Positions 42,850-56,370 are shown, numbered from the stretch's first letter. The stretch is 64,000 nucleotides of DNA from Prorocentrum cordatum (GCA_963575745.1 CAUYUJ010000001.1:1364001-1428000), one strand, 5' to 3'. Notes: a model not told the origin generated them from the sequence alone. Numbers and translations: made by a program.

Positions 42850-43140
42850 ATAATGGGATCGATAGTGGGATCGATTCAGTGAGATCGATAAGGTATTCGA
42901 TCGAGTGAGTTCAATCGAGCGAGATCGATTGAGTGATACCGATTGCTTGAAATCGATTGGTTGAGATCGAATCGGGAACCTGGCAATCGGGAACGCGGAA
43001 TCGGGAACCCGGTAACCAAGACCCCGGAACCGGGAACCCCGGAACCCCGCGATCGGGAACGCGGAACCCGGGAACCCGGGAACCAAGAACCCGGAACCAG
43101 GGACCCGGGAACCTGGAACCGGGAACCCGGGAACCCGGCG
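42850..43140. repeat. ATCGAT-rich tract followed by (CGGGAACC)-type short tandem repeat
   Basis: Directly visible. A related ATCGAT-rich tract lies at 53355-53530. Confidence 0.85.
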
Positions 43141-46100
43141 GTTCATTTTCGCCAAGTTCTTCAAGATCCGCTCGGACCCCTTGTGCATGCACTGGGATTA
43201 AGGAATAAGTGCTCCTCCGCGGCGGCACCCGCCGCACAACAACGTACGACGACGACTATGACTACGGGGACGCGCAGGCTGGGGGGAGAGGGGGAGCGTG
43301 GCTGGCTCGGAGAGGGGTGGGCGGTGCCGGAGCCGCGCGTGCGCGGCGACAGAAAGCGGTCGGGGCGGAGGGAGCGCGCTGGCGTGAGGGGGGTACGAGG
43401 CCCAATCCCGGACCATTCCGCCTGCGCGATCCATCTAGACATCCAAGCCGTCAAGGCCATCTAGGTTCTTTTTGAGGGGGGGTGTCCCGAGCAGGGCGCT
43501 CGGATCTGCCACGAACGCATGTCTCTGTAGGGCCGCCTGGAACAGAAAATAATCACCCCATCAACAATAAACTCTTCATGATACGACAATTTCAAAAGAT
43601 GACAAGACGAATAATTCGCATCTATGAAGTGTGATAGACAGTGGTGAATTCTAGACGCCTCGTGTATCCCCACCATCCACTTGACGCCGAGCGATTTGTC
43701 GCTACGGTCGCGATCAAAAACATATCCCCACCATCCCATCCAGAAACGATGTCCAGGCGAGTTGAGGTGATCAGGGAAGTGCGGGAGCAAAGAGGTGGAC
43801 GGCCGAACCGTGCGAAGGAGGGAGGAGAAGGAGGAGAAGGAGGAGGCTGGATGGATTGATGAGGGAGTGGGGAGAAGAAAGATGAATATGATGATGAGGA
43901 GGAGGAGGAAGAGGAAGAGAAGGAGTAGAAGGACGTAGGAGCAGGAGGAAGAGGGCGAGCAGAAGGGCCAGAGGTCTCTTGGATGCCTCTCGGAGCCTCT
44001 TCGGATGTCGCTTGGGCGCTTCTTGGTGGCCTCTTGGGACGTCTTGGGGGTCTCTTGGCTGTCCTGGGGGGCTCTTGGGCGTCTTGGGTGCCTCGGGGGG
44101 GCCTCTTGGAGCGTCCAGGGGGCATCTTGGGTGCCTCGGGGATCCTCTTGAAGCCTTTGTGGGCCTCTTGGGAGTCTCTCGGGGGCCTCTTGAAGGCCTC
44201 TTGGGGCCGTCTGGGCGCCTCTTGGGTCCTCTTGGGGCGCTCTTGGAAGCTTTAGGGGCGCTCTTCGGGCCATCTTGGAGGCCATCGATCAAACAAGAGG
44301 GGATCTCCAATCAGCGCCCCCCCCCCCCCCAAGATGCCAACATGGGTCCAAAACCTTAGTGAACCAATGATTTTGGCTTCCTCGCCGAGGCCGTTTTTGA
44401 CGCTCCAATGGGTCGCGGCACCGCCCGTCCAGCTCCAGGGGAGGGGGTCGGGGGAGGGGTCAAGCTACCCACTCGCCCGCAAGCCGTCTAGCTCACTCCC
44501 ACCCGCCCTCCCTACACATAAGTAACACCCGAGCCTGAACATGTTCAGCGGTCGTCTTTGGACGGACAGCTGCTGGGAACCAAAGCCGACCCCAGGTGCG
44601 CGACGCTTGGGCGAGGTGCGCCACGCGTGTCAGGGGCGCCACGCGCGCCAGGCACCCCTGGGGCCCGAGCGTGCCAGGCACGCCTGGTGCGCCAGATGCA
44701 CCACGTGCTCCGAGTGCGCCCGGTGTGCCGCACACTCCAGCCGCGCCAGGTGCGCCGCGTTCGGGGCACGTGCAGAGTGCATCAGGTGCCCCTGCGCACG
44801 TGACAGCACACATCGGGAAACATGTCGGCCCCCGCCGTCCTTGTCGAAAACCGATGCCCATCATTGCGTCTGGTGGGCCTGCGCACAGCAGGCCACGCGC
44901 CACCACCCCCGCCGTCCCTGTCAAAAGCCACTTGACAGTGATCGCGGGATGGCCGCGCATGATCCAGATTTAGCAGCGAGGTGCATGTTGCATTTTTTGT
45001 TAGGGAGGTAGCCCTGCGCACAGCAGGGAATATGCTGACACCCACGCTGTCCTTGTCAAAAACAATAAAAAGAGCTCGCGGGCCTCACGAGCATGACTCA
45101 AGACTTTGCCCCAAAGTGTACTTTGCATTGTTTTTGGAAAGGGGATGGTGGGGGGGCGCATCGGGTTGGCCGCGCATGCTCCAACTGTGGAGGCAGAGTG
45201 CGGTCTGTATTGTTTTTGACAAGGATGGGGGGGGGCGGGTCGGCATGGTGTTGGCATGGTTTTGGGTTTGCCCCTGGTCGCCTGGGGGAGGGGTGTATAT
45301 TCATAAGGAACAGTGATGAACCCCTCGCCGAAGGGGACAACAAGGGGGCTTGACGAGGAAGCTCCCTAGAGCACCTACGTTCTGGTGGGATTAGAAATGA
45401 ATTTATACTTGAGCTAAGCGCGCGTTTGGGGAAGCGGCATTGAAGGCATAGGAGGATCGAGGTTCGAAGGGCAGGCTTTGGAGCTAGAGCAGGGCGATCG
45501 ACGCTGGAGACCCATGGGGGCGAGGCTGGTGAGAGGGCTTGCGCTGCCCTCTGGGCATGCTCCCGATCCGGACTCGTCCTGATGGCTTTGTGTCAGGCCC
45601 CAGGAAACCAGGACACAGATAAGCCAGGACACGGAAAACCAAGGAAACGACATCGTTTCCTGCAAAGTTACGTTTTTCAGCACACGTGCATGTTTTGTTT
45701 GCTGCACTGCAGGATTCGGGATTGTGTCCGGGTTTAGGGGGGTCTTGCAGGCTTTTTGAGGCTTGTGTCCAGGTTTTTTCTGGAAGTGCTGCAGTGCAGT
45801 ATTTTGTTCGTGCTGCCGTTTGGAAAAATTGGTTTTTAGGGATGTTGGGTGTCCCGGTTTAGCGTGTCCGGGTCTACCCCCCCTCGTAGATTTCGCGGTT
45901 CTCGGCCCCTTTTGGGCCTTGGCGGTCCGCCTCGGGGGCCGAAATGTCCAGAAACCTCCGGCGCATCGCGAACCCGACCTCCGCAGGCGTTTTCGTCGCC
46001 GCCGCCGCCGTCTTCGTTGTCGCCGTCGCCGACGACCGAATTTCAACGATCGAGGTTCGAGGATCAAGGTCGAAGATCGAGATTCGAAGGTCGAGGTTTT

Positions 46101-46949
46101 GAGGTGCATTTGGTTCTGTCGGTAGGAAGGGCAAGTTCGGGAGCTAGAGGCGGGCGATCGACGCTGGAAACCTATTGGGGCGAGGTTGGTGAGAGGACTT
46201 GTGTTCCCCTCTGGGTATGCTTTCGATCTGGTCTCGTCCTCTCGGGTTTTTAGCGCTTTCATTGCTAGCCCTATTCGTGTTCTTTCGCTTGCTTTTCGTG
46301 CTGTTCGATTCGTTTTGTGCCCGCCTCCCTCCGTCCGTTTCGCCTCCCTCGTAGAGTGCGGGCGGATGCAAGAACGGGCGCAGACATGAAATCATAGCTT
46401 GTGTGGCTACAAGCAGGAAGCAGTGGTGTCTGTATGTTGGTTTGTTCCCCGAGCCCCTGCTGGAGAATGCGAGGGCGGAGGGGGGAACAAACACGGAAAT
46501 ACAAACAGAAGTTGTATCGTTAGAGTCAGGAAATTGAAGTTTTTGTTTGATTTGTTGGTTCCCCACCCCATTTTCCACAATGCGTGGGCGGATGGGGGAA
46601 CAGACTCGGATATATAAGCGGACATTGTACTGCTAGAAGCAGGAAACTATGTCATTGTTTGAATGTTTCTTTCCTTGGGCCTTTTTCCAGCGATAGCGTG
46701 TGCTGAGGGGGGAACTGACGTGGACACACAAGCAGCAATTGTGTTGCTAGAAGCAGGAAAGTATAGTAGTTGTTAGATGTGTTGGTTCTCCTGCGTTTTT
46801 TTAGCCCCTCAAGAGATTTCGCCATCTAGTCCACCCAGGCCACCCGGATGGGCCAGATGGTCTAGCTGGCTCCGATGGACTAGATGGCCGACCTCGCTAT
46901 CTGGGCCTCATGGATACCTAGATTATTCGGACTTGCCCCCAGGTAGCAA

Positions 46950-49900
46950 CGGGAAGTCCCTGCGGTCGAAGCTGATGTTCGCCGCGCTCGGCGAAGCCGT
47001 GGTCAAGTTCGCCAGCACATAGTTCCTCACCAGGAATAGGGAGTTCCAGGCGTCAGCCAAGCGCCTCATCGGCGCCGCGGCCGTGATCTGCCAGGCGGCG
47101 CAGAAGGGCAATAATATCCAAGAGGTCGTGGCCAAGGACTTTCGCCAGGGCAGAGCTGCTCGCTCGGGAAAATCGCGAGAAGGCGGAGGACGAACGGCAG
47201 TATGCTTGGACGTTCACGGACTTCGCCACCGTGTTGAATCACGCATCCCGCATGGAGCGCGACGGCGCGGCGATCCACGCCCGGCGTCGCCGCCTGCTGC
47301 AGATGGCCTTCGGAGGTGGCCTCGCGCGCAGCGCCGCGTTGGCCACGGTGGAGCGCGGTCTCTTCTGGGCGGGCCCCGCGCTCGAGGATTGGACCTCGTC
47401 TGGCGTAGCTGGTTGCGCCCACGTGAGGCCAGGGGTCTTGCCCCTCGTTGAGAAGCACACGACAGCCGAGGCGAGGCCTGTGACAAGCTGGACAACCTTT
47501 CCCCGGCACGCTCTGACATGAACGAAGACTTCTTGGCGGGCATCAGGAGAGCAGACGGAGGGGGCGCAGCTGGTGACCAAGGAGGGAGGCCCGATCCCGG
47601 TGGCCAAGCGGGCGGCCCTTCGGACCCCGTCGAGCGGGCTTCCAGGGTCCTGGCGGTCCAGGTTCTCGACGTGGATTCCAACGTGACTGAGAGGCGCCAG
47701 AAGCAGGCGAAGGCGGGCGCTGGTCTCGAGGGGGGGCGGCAAGCTGGTAAGAAGGGGGCCCGGGGTCGCATGGGGGCCGCGGCCGCGCGGCAATGCGTCG
47801 GGCGCCAGCGGGGGCGCAAAATCCTTTCTACTTCCCGGCTCTGCGCGCCAGCGCAGACATCGACGCGCCGCTCCCGGGCGCCGACCACCTCGCGATCCCC
47901 CTGAACGGGGCCTTCCTCGAGAAGTTTGATTCGGGGCGTCTCGGGGCAAGCGTGAAGTGCCCCGCCAGGAAGCCCAACCGCGACGCTTTGCCGGGTTGCG
48001 CGCGGCGCATGCAAGGGGGGGCGGGCGTCGAGCAGCGCGGCCACGCGGAGTCGCCGGCGTCAGCGGAGGCGGCTGCCAGCGCGTTGCCGCGGGATCTGGA
48101 CGGCGCCGACAGGGGGTCTCCAGGCGAACGGCCATTTCTCAGCCGTCGGGGGCACCTGCGCGCGGAGCAGGAGGCGCGACTGGCGCGGCGACGCAGCTGG
48201 ATTGGCGCAAGTGCCGCTGGACCCTCACGCCGCAAGTCGCGACGCGCCTGAAGGTCGATGCGAACGGGCGCGCGTCGGAACAGGGGCGCGGCCGCGCGCG
48301 GGTGGCCGGACATCGACGCCGAGAGGGCCGCGGCACCTGGCGTTCTTTTCGGCGGGGGGCCCCGGTGCCGAGACATGGAGCGCGACGCGCGAGCGCCCCG
48401 ATGGGTTGCGACGTCGGCCTTGCCAGACGCGTTCAAGGCAACCCTGGGCGAGGGGGGAGACAGCCCAGAGCTCGCCTGCGCGTCGCGGCTGCTCGAAGGC
48501 GCGGAGGGCGCCTGCGCCGATGCCGTCGCGAAGTTCGCGGGGGAGGGGCGGAGGCGTTTCGTGTCTCACCTCGCCCGGGAGTTCGACGGCGTTGGAGCGG
48601 GCGCCGAGGTTTTCCAGAACGCGCCCGCATTTGTCACGGACGCGGAGAACTGCGTCCACAGGGGGGCCAGCTACGGCTACAGGGTGCGTCTCGCGGCGAA
48701 GCAGGAGGGCGCGCTGGTCGAGTTGCTCGCGACGGCCAGGCAGCGGCCGCCAGTCGCGCGGGGGGCCCGTGAGCCCTGAGCGCATACAGGAGTATGGTAC
48801 AGATGGCAGCTGCATCCAGCTCGCAGCGGTTGCTTCCCGCGGGCGCAGCAAGCCGCCGCTTCCAGCCCGGCGCTGCGACTGCTATTCGTGCCGCGAGTTT
48901 GCCGCGCACTTCGAGATCGGCCTCAGGGGCGCTTGTATCCTGGGCGCCCTGTGCCACCTCGCATCCGGCCACCTCCTGGGCCCGGGCGACTGCCTCTTCC
49001 ACGGCGAGGATGGCGGCGAGGCCCGCTGCGCGCTTCTCCGCGCGTCGGCGGGCCAGGGGGGGCGCGGGGCAGAGCGGGTGCGCGAGCTACTGGGCGTTGG
49101 TTGCGGCCTGGGGGGCGCGCGGCCCAGGCGCGCGGCAAATTCGACCGACTCCTGCAGAGCGGTTGGGGGCGCAGCTGACACGCGCGGCCGTTTTGTTCGG
49201 CGTCGGCGGCAGCGCGCCCCGCTTCGCGGACAGTTTGCCGGGCGCGGTCGCAGGCGCCGCTGCCCCCCGCAGACTCTGGCGAGGCCGTCCTCCGCAGCTG
49301 GCTCTCCGAGCGCGGGGGGGGGGGCGCCCGACCCCGGCGAGCCCGTTTTCATTGAGATGTTCTGCGGCTTGCCTGGGCGGGGGGCCGCTCAGTGCTGGGC
49401 CGCGGTCGGTCTTCGTCGAACTCGCGCGCAGTGCCGCAGCGAATCGCGCCCCCGGAGGTCGCTCATTCGCAGCGAGCTGCTGACCGAGCGCCAGAAGCAC
49501 CGCGGGCATCCGAAGTTCGCGGCGCCCCGGGAGGGCGACGCCCAGTTCAGAGTCGCCGCGATCAGCTCGACCGCGTCTGCTCGGCTATGGCCCGCGCGAC
49601 GCAGGAGGGCAGCGGCCACCTCGCCCGCGCGGCCGATCAGCTCCGCGAGTGGAACCGCGACGCGCCAGCGGCTGCGCTGGGTGCCGCTCGCCGCCCCGAG
49701 GAGGCCCATGTCGTTTTGGCGCTCGCGGAGGCGGGCCCGCGGCGCTGGCCGCGCGCTACGCGCGCCGACTGCGCGCGTCGACGCCAAGACTGCGCGCGCG
49801 AAGGGCTTCGAGGGCGCCCTCGTCGGCCTCGCCCTGGTTTCGCGCGGGGCGGTGAACGGCGCCCCGGACCACGTGAGTAAACAGTGGCCCAACGACGGGA

Positions 49901-51216
49901 CGTCGCCACTCCTGGTTTGCCGCCCCCCCCCCTGCCGCGGGAAGTCCTGGACTGCGCCTTTCGCCGCCCTGGCGGCCAGGTCCAGATGGCGCTGCGGCGG
50001 CTTGCGGGCGAGGAGGTCGCTCGCGGTGAGTTCGCGGCCGTGGCCCGCGTCGGCGCCTTCGAGTTCCTCTTCTCCGTCGCGGGCCATAGAAACAATGGCC
50101 ATAATAATGGCGCAATCTACGTCGGCCAGGCGCCGATGGCCATGGCGGGCGCGCGCGCTGGCTTCGGCGCGCAGTCGGGCGAGAGCGTCGAGAGCTTCGC
50201 CGCAGCCATGAAGGAGCGATTGCCCCCCGCCGTGCTTGGGCAGGCAGGCCCGGGTGCTTTTCTCGGATGCGCCGATTGAGAAAATGCATGATCGCTTGTT
50301 GAATTGTCTCGGCATCGCGCAGGACAGGCTGAGCGTGGCCCCGCGGGCCGTGCAGTGCGCGGACGGGAAGAGAACATCCTGCTCATTTGAGCTGCTGCAG
50401 CGCACGGGGAAGTCATCTTGCCCTCTCGGCGGGCCCGAGGAAAACCCGTCCACGGAGATCTACCGCGGCCTTCCGATCGCCGAAGTGGATTGGGATGACG
50501 CCCGGCCGGCGCTGGAGCGCGACGGCAAAGATTGGTCGCCCTTTTGTGACCACCCGTTCGCTTCCAACGCAGAATGCGCGGCCGAGCTGAAGCGCGTCGC
50601 GCAGATGCGCGACGACCCCATGGGCCGCCGGAGCGCCAAAAGTGCGCCCCTCCACCATGCGGCATTCGGAAACTCCCGTTACCTTCGCAACAGCTCGGTG
50701 ATCGCCCGGCTTTCGCGCGGGCAGCCGATCGCCCAGGGCGCGCCTGAGGGCGAGGCTGAGCACGGGAATGTGAAGCGGTGGGGCTCGCGCGTCTGGCCGC
50801 AGCGCGAGGACCGCGTTCGCGTCGACGAGGAAGTCCACGCCCCCTACCGCTTGCTGGTGCACGCCGCCCAGCGCGAGCCCCACGGAGCGCGGCTCCCGCC
50901 CCTGCGGCTGGCTCAGGTTTTGCCCGGCCAGATTGCCGCAGGCGGGTTCTGGGGCGGAGGCTCGGCGCCCGCGCCGCCGCCGCGGGCGGGCCCGCCGCTG
51001 GCGACGGCGGGGCGCCAAGGGCTCGAGGCTCCCATCGTGGAGGAGGGCCGGGCTCTCGCAGAAAAACAGAGTTTGGGGCAGAAAAAGAGGGCGGCGGCGC
51101 GGGGCAAGATGGCCAAGAAGCATGCCCGCAAAAGCAAGATCGCTTGCAAGAAGGCCGTCAGGAACCCGATGAAGGCCCGCGCCGCGGTCGAGGACGACCT
51201 AGGTCTCCAGGTGTAG
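46950..51216 (+). pseudogene. Decayed long coding sequence, possibly a Cys-cluster DDE transposase
   Basis: About 4.3 kb of non-repetitive, very GC-rich DNA with protein-like + strand pieces in changing frames. Cys/His cluster (CDCYSCREFAAH..C....CH, about 48874-49002), then GFGAQSGESVESFAAAMKERLP, VLFSDAP, GEAEHGNVKRW and a basic tail ending at TAG 51216. The transposase identity is an unverified resemblance. Confidence 0.5.
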
Positions 51217-51649
51217 GATTCTTTAGCAATGCGTCTCTGACAGTGGCCTGCCATGCCTCCTGTTTGGAGGTTTCTACTCAGTGATAGCTCCACAACGGCG
51301 GGCCGTTTTTGCTCCAGTGGGCTGAGCTTGGCGATGGGCGTCGCTTTGTTATTGGCATTACTTGTGGTCTTGTGGCGAGGACGAGCGAAAGCATCATCGC
51401 CGTCACCTTCATCACCAGCGCCATCAGCGCGCATCGTCGCCAAACTGCTTGCAAGACGGTGAGATGAGAGACGGAAGGGGAGAGAGAGGAAAGGAGAGAG
51501 ACGGGGAACACAATATACGGTTAGGGGGTGAAAGGCTTGATCCATTATCGGGGCAGTTTTGGTTCATTCTGGAAGGGCTAGATGGCCTAGGTGGCCCAGA
51601 TGTTTAGACGGGGCGGCTAGGCCGAATGGTTTAGGGCCAGGATTTTCAC

Positions 51650-52860
51650 GGGGAGGGGGAGCTGGGCTGGCTGGGGGGCGGTGCAGTGCCGGCGCAGTGC
51701 GTGCGCGCCGAAATTACATGGTCGGGGCGGAGGGGGCGCGCCGGCTAGGGGGAGAAGGGGAGCTGGGTTGACTGGGGGGGGGCGGTGCAGGTGTCGCGCG
51801 TGCGTGCAGACAAAAATGGCCGGGGCGGAAGAGGCGCGCTGGCCGGGGGGACAGGGGGAGCGTGGCTGGCTGGGAACGTGTGGGCGGTGCCAGTATCGTG
51901 CGCGCGTGGTGAATGAAAGTGGTCGGGCGGAGGGGGCGCGTTGGCTGGGAGTTAAGACGGGAACTGGGCTGGCTGTGGGGGCGGGGGCCAGTGCCGTACG
52001 TGAGTGCCGAACTAGAGTTATCAGGGCGGAAGGGGCGCGGTGGCTTGGGTGGCGGGGGAGGGGGGCTTGGGCTGGATGGGAGGGGGTGGGCGGTGCTTGT
52101 GCCGTGCGCGCGTGGCGAAACAATGCGGTCGGGGCTGAGGGTGCCCGGTGGTTGGGGGGAGAGGGGGAGCAGGGCTGGCTGGGACGGGGGTGGGCGGTGC
52201 TGGTGCCTCGCATGCTCTAGAACGCCCTTTGCAAGATAATGAAGGGCTCCGAGGCCTAGAACACAACTGTCCAAGATAATAAGGGGTTCCGCGAAAGGGT
52301 TCCGAAGCCCAGGGGCCAGAACCACAGCACGGCCACGGCCACGGCCACCACGAAGATAATGGGCTCCGAGCTCTAGAAGATACTCTGACGCGAGGCTTAG
52401 GGGACCAGGGCCACGAGCCCGGAGAACACGGCCGCGGCCACGGCCACGGCCACCACCACTACCACAAAATCAAAGATTCCGAAACCCAGAGGCTAGGGCC
52501 ACGGCCACGGGCCAATCAACCATGGCCACGGTGACGACCAACATGAGAATACATGATTCAAGGGCTGGGGCGAGGCCCGCGAACCCTGGCAGAGGCTCCA
52601 ACCACGGCGACCACGACAATAAAAGGCACCGAGGCTTCAAACTTCAGGTCTCGAGGGGTTGGGAGGAGCCCAGGAGCCACGGTCAGGGGGCCAGGGGAGC
52701 GACGACCTCGGCCACGGCCACGGCCACGGCGACCACGACAATAAAGGGCTCCGAAGATTGAACACTCAGGTCTCTGGGGGCTGGTGCAAACCAGGGTGCC
52801 AGGGCCCGACGACCTCGGCCACGGCCACGGCGGCCACGGAAATACAGGGCTCTGGTTTTT
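51650..52860 (+). repeat. About 90-bp G-rich degenerate tandem repeat (51650-52220) followed by a GGCCAC-core repeat family (52230-52860)
   Basis: Recurrent ggcggtgc...gtgcg...ggtcggggcggagggggcgcg (also at 41120-41390 and 43270-43400) and cacggccacggccac (also at 40790-40850). Confidence 0.85.
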
Positions 52861-53595
52861 CGAGCGCGTGTGTGTTGGAGGGCGACATTGAACTGGTGGA
52901 GTGGTGGCCCCAAGGGATCCCACCGCAGGGGGTGCTTGAATTCTGGGGGGGGGGCGCGGGGGGGTTGTCTGACAGCCCCGATCGTGTAAGGATGGACGAC
53001 CCACGCGGTGTCAGAATCCAGCGAACAGGTCGTCCTGACGCGAGCATGTCTGAGGTAACATCGCTGGTTGGGGGGTGAGATCGCAGTGGAAAGGAGAGCC
53101 GGCCCCCACCGGGAACTCGGTTTCGATTCCGTGTTCGTGTCGTGCGTGCGGGCGAGGCGAAGCTGCGTGGGCGCGCAAGACGGATGACGCCGCCGTCGCT
53201 AGGGCGATTCGGATGCAGTGGACCGTCCCGCCGCCCCTGGTGGGCGCGCGGTGGCCGGGGGGGGTTCCGCCGTGGTGTCCTGTGTCCTGTGGTGTCCCGT
53301 TGGTGTCCCGTCGGTGTTCCGTCGGCGGTGGGCGGGCGGTGGTGAAGTCGGTAGTGAGATCTATAATTTGATCGCTCGAACGGGATGAATAGGAATATCA
53401 CAGGTGAGATCGACAGTGATACTGATTGTGACATTGGTCGTGAGATCTATAGTGAGATCGATCGAGTGTGATCGATTTTGTGAGGTCGATAATGGGATCG
53501 ATCGAATGAGATCGAAAACGGGTTCGATAGTGACAGTACATCGCAGCATAGCATCGTCATCACGCGTAGTCGCTAACTCGATGGCGCGTTACTAG

Positions 53596-53672
<77 letters not shown>
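53596..53672. repeat. (CAT)n microsatellite
   Basis: Directly visible pure repeat. Confidence 0.98.
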
Positions 53673-55299
53673 CACCCATCGCATTTGCCAGCAGTTGGTT
53701 CTTTCCCCCCACCCCCCAACCTCCTTGTCACCCGAAGGATGGTCGTATAGGTCGAATATGGTTGCGCTTGATGGGGCTCGTCATTAAGCATGCAGCGAAG
53801 CCACCCTTCGATCCGTGGAATTTTTGCGCGCGCGGCGCTACCGGGGCCCATCGGGGGGACCCAGGGGGAAACAGGGGGGGAACGAGATGGGGAGGGAAGG
53901 GGAGGAACGAGAGAGAGAGAGAGAGAAAGCGAGAGAGGAGAGAGAGAGATAGCAATCAATCGAACTGAATCGTCATTGTGCTTCGCGGGTTTGTGGGGCT
54001 CCCCAGGCTTCGTCGCGCCAGAGGGTCCCAACACGGCTCCGAAGGCTCGCAAGAAGGTCTCATGACGATGCAAGAGTGCCCCGAGTCTGCCCAAGACGGA
54101 TTCGAGAAGGCCCAAGATGCTCTCAAGAATGGCATGGTAGGGCCCAAGACAGTCCAAGATGTTCTCACGACTGCACAGACATGCACCCGAGGCGCCCCCA
54201 GATGGCTCCACAAGGACCTCCAGGAGGGCCCCGAGAAGGTAAAACAGTTGTTTCCACAAAGGTTTGGGAAGGATGTCGAAGTACTCGCGCTTTCGAGCAT
54301 CTTCTAAGAAGCCCTTCTAGCTCCGAAGAAGCCTTATCAGAAGTCTCTGGGCCCCTCTGAAAGTGCCCCTGCCTGCTGAGAAGGCCACCCAGCCGTCTTA
54401 GAAGGCACCCCCGCCCCCTTGTACTTCCCCCTTCCTTGAGATCCGACCTCATTGAAAATGCATCAGCGCAAACAATGACGACCAGAGCCTTCTCTTTCTG
54501 CTGCCCTTTTCGAGCCAGGTCGATCCGTGATGGTCCTGGGGCCCGACGTTTGGCGCAAACGCCCGTGTGCGCAGCACAGATGCAACGCCCAGATCTCAGG
54601 CTTTCTTGAGTCGCCCATTTCGATGTGGGGTCCGCCCTTGCCCTGTCTGCCCTCCGCCGCCCCAGAAGGCCCGTGGACTCGCCGGCGCCAGCGCCCTCGA
54701 AGGCCAGGTCGAGTGGAGGCGCGGGGCTCCAGGCTCGGGTCGAGGCGGCGCGGGGCCGGCCGGGCCTGCCGCGGTGCCACCGAGCGCGTTCCATTGCCCG
54801 CAAAGTGCCTACTCGCAAACTTCAGAAGAGCACATGTCTTCCTCGATGTCAAGTATCGTAGATCCCCCCATGGCCATGGCGGATGCAGGCCATGTGCGAG
54901 TGGTTACTTTGCGAGTAGTGCAAGGCGCCTGTCTGGCGGTGGGCGGGACTTCTTTTCAGGGGAGGGCCAGTCATGGCAACGGTCTGGCCTGCGCTGAGAC
55001 ATAATCACTTCATCGATGGGGTCGCGGGCGCGCGAAAGGCCTTTCCGCGCGCACGCGACCAGATCGACTTCACTCGGATCTTGCGTTGCGGAACACTTGC
55101 GCGACGTATTGGAATTTCCAGGGGAGTCGGCACGATGTCTGATGGTACGGAATCATCGTCGCGGGGTGTTGGTGGAAATCGGATGAGGATAGTCAGCTTG
55201 GCCGTAGGGTCCCTGGCTAAGCGGCCGTTTAGCCTGGTATGAGGGTTCGGCACTCACTGCCCTGAGGACCTCACGGTAGAGTCGAATGAATACCCAGCA

Positions 55300-56370
55300 G
55301 TGCCAAGCAATGACAAGCAGTGCAAAGCCAATACATGCAAAGCCATGTCAAGAAACGCACAGCAATGTAATGCAGCGCGTAGCAGCGTAGCAAGTCTGAG
55401 CAATGCAAATCGCCAAGCATTGTAAAGAAATGGCAAGCAGTGCCAAACAATAACAAGCAATGCCAAGCAATGCCAAGCAACGCCAAGCAACCCAAAGCAA
55501 CGCAAAGCAATGCAATGTCAAGCAAATCAATGCACTGTCAAGCAATGCCAAGCAATGCCCTTCAACGCCGCTTAGGAAGCGTTCCCCTAATTTGGGTTGC
55601 GACGGGTTCATGTTTGAAGAAGCCAGTAGGTGCTGGACCCGGTCGCGCCAGGATTCCACGGTCTTGTTTCAAACGGGATCCTCAGAGTTTCCCAGTCTTA
55701 ACTTGTTTCTTTGCAGTGACGTTCCCCTGGGTCCCCCGGGTTTCCTGGGTCCTTTTGGTCTTCTTTCTTTCCTGTGTTTGAAAGGCCAGCCTTCGTCGCG
55801 TTCCTCGAGGTTCCCCAGGTTCCCTTTGGTCTTGTTTCTGCTCTGTTTTGAAATGTCAGCCCTCCTCGGGTTTGCTGGGTACCCCTGGTTCCCTTCTCTT
55901 GATTCCTTACGGTCTTTTGGAGCAATGCCGAGAGGCGCGTAGAACTGTTAAGTGACGCAAAGCGATGCCACGTAAGGTCAAGCAATGCCATCCAATGCCA
56001 AGCAGAGCCAAGCAGAGCCAAGCAAAACCAAGCGATGCCAAGCCGAGCAATGCAAAACCAAGCAATGCAAAACAATGCCAAGCAACGCAAAGCAGAACCA
56101 AGCAATGCCAAGCAATGCAAACAACTGCCCAGCAATGCCAAGCAAAAACAACCGTTACCCAGCAACGCCAAGCAATGCACAGCAACGCCAAACATTGCTA
56201 ATAAATGCCAATCATATCAACTCCAAGCAATGCCAAGCAATGCCGCTTAGGAAGCGTTCCCCTGATTGGGGCCGCGCCGGGTTCATTTTGAAGAGGCTTT
56301 CCTCTGGCTCCTGGGCTCATGGGTCCTGTTTCCTTGCAAGGCTTTCCTCGGGTTCTCTGGGTCCCTTAGT
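55300..56370 (+). repeat. Two tandem composite units of about 675 bp: (GCAATGCCAA)n followed by ccgcttaggaagcgttcccct and a pyrimidine-rich tail
   Basis: Decamer tracts at 55300-55560 and 55965-56245. The shared junction sequence appears near 55568 and 56243. Confidence 0.85.
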
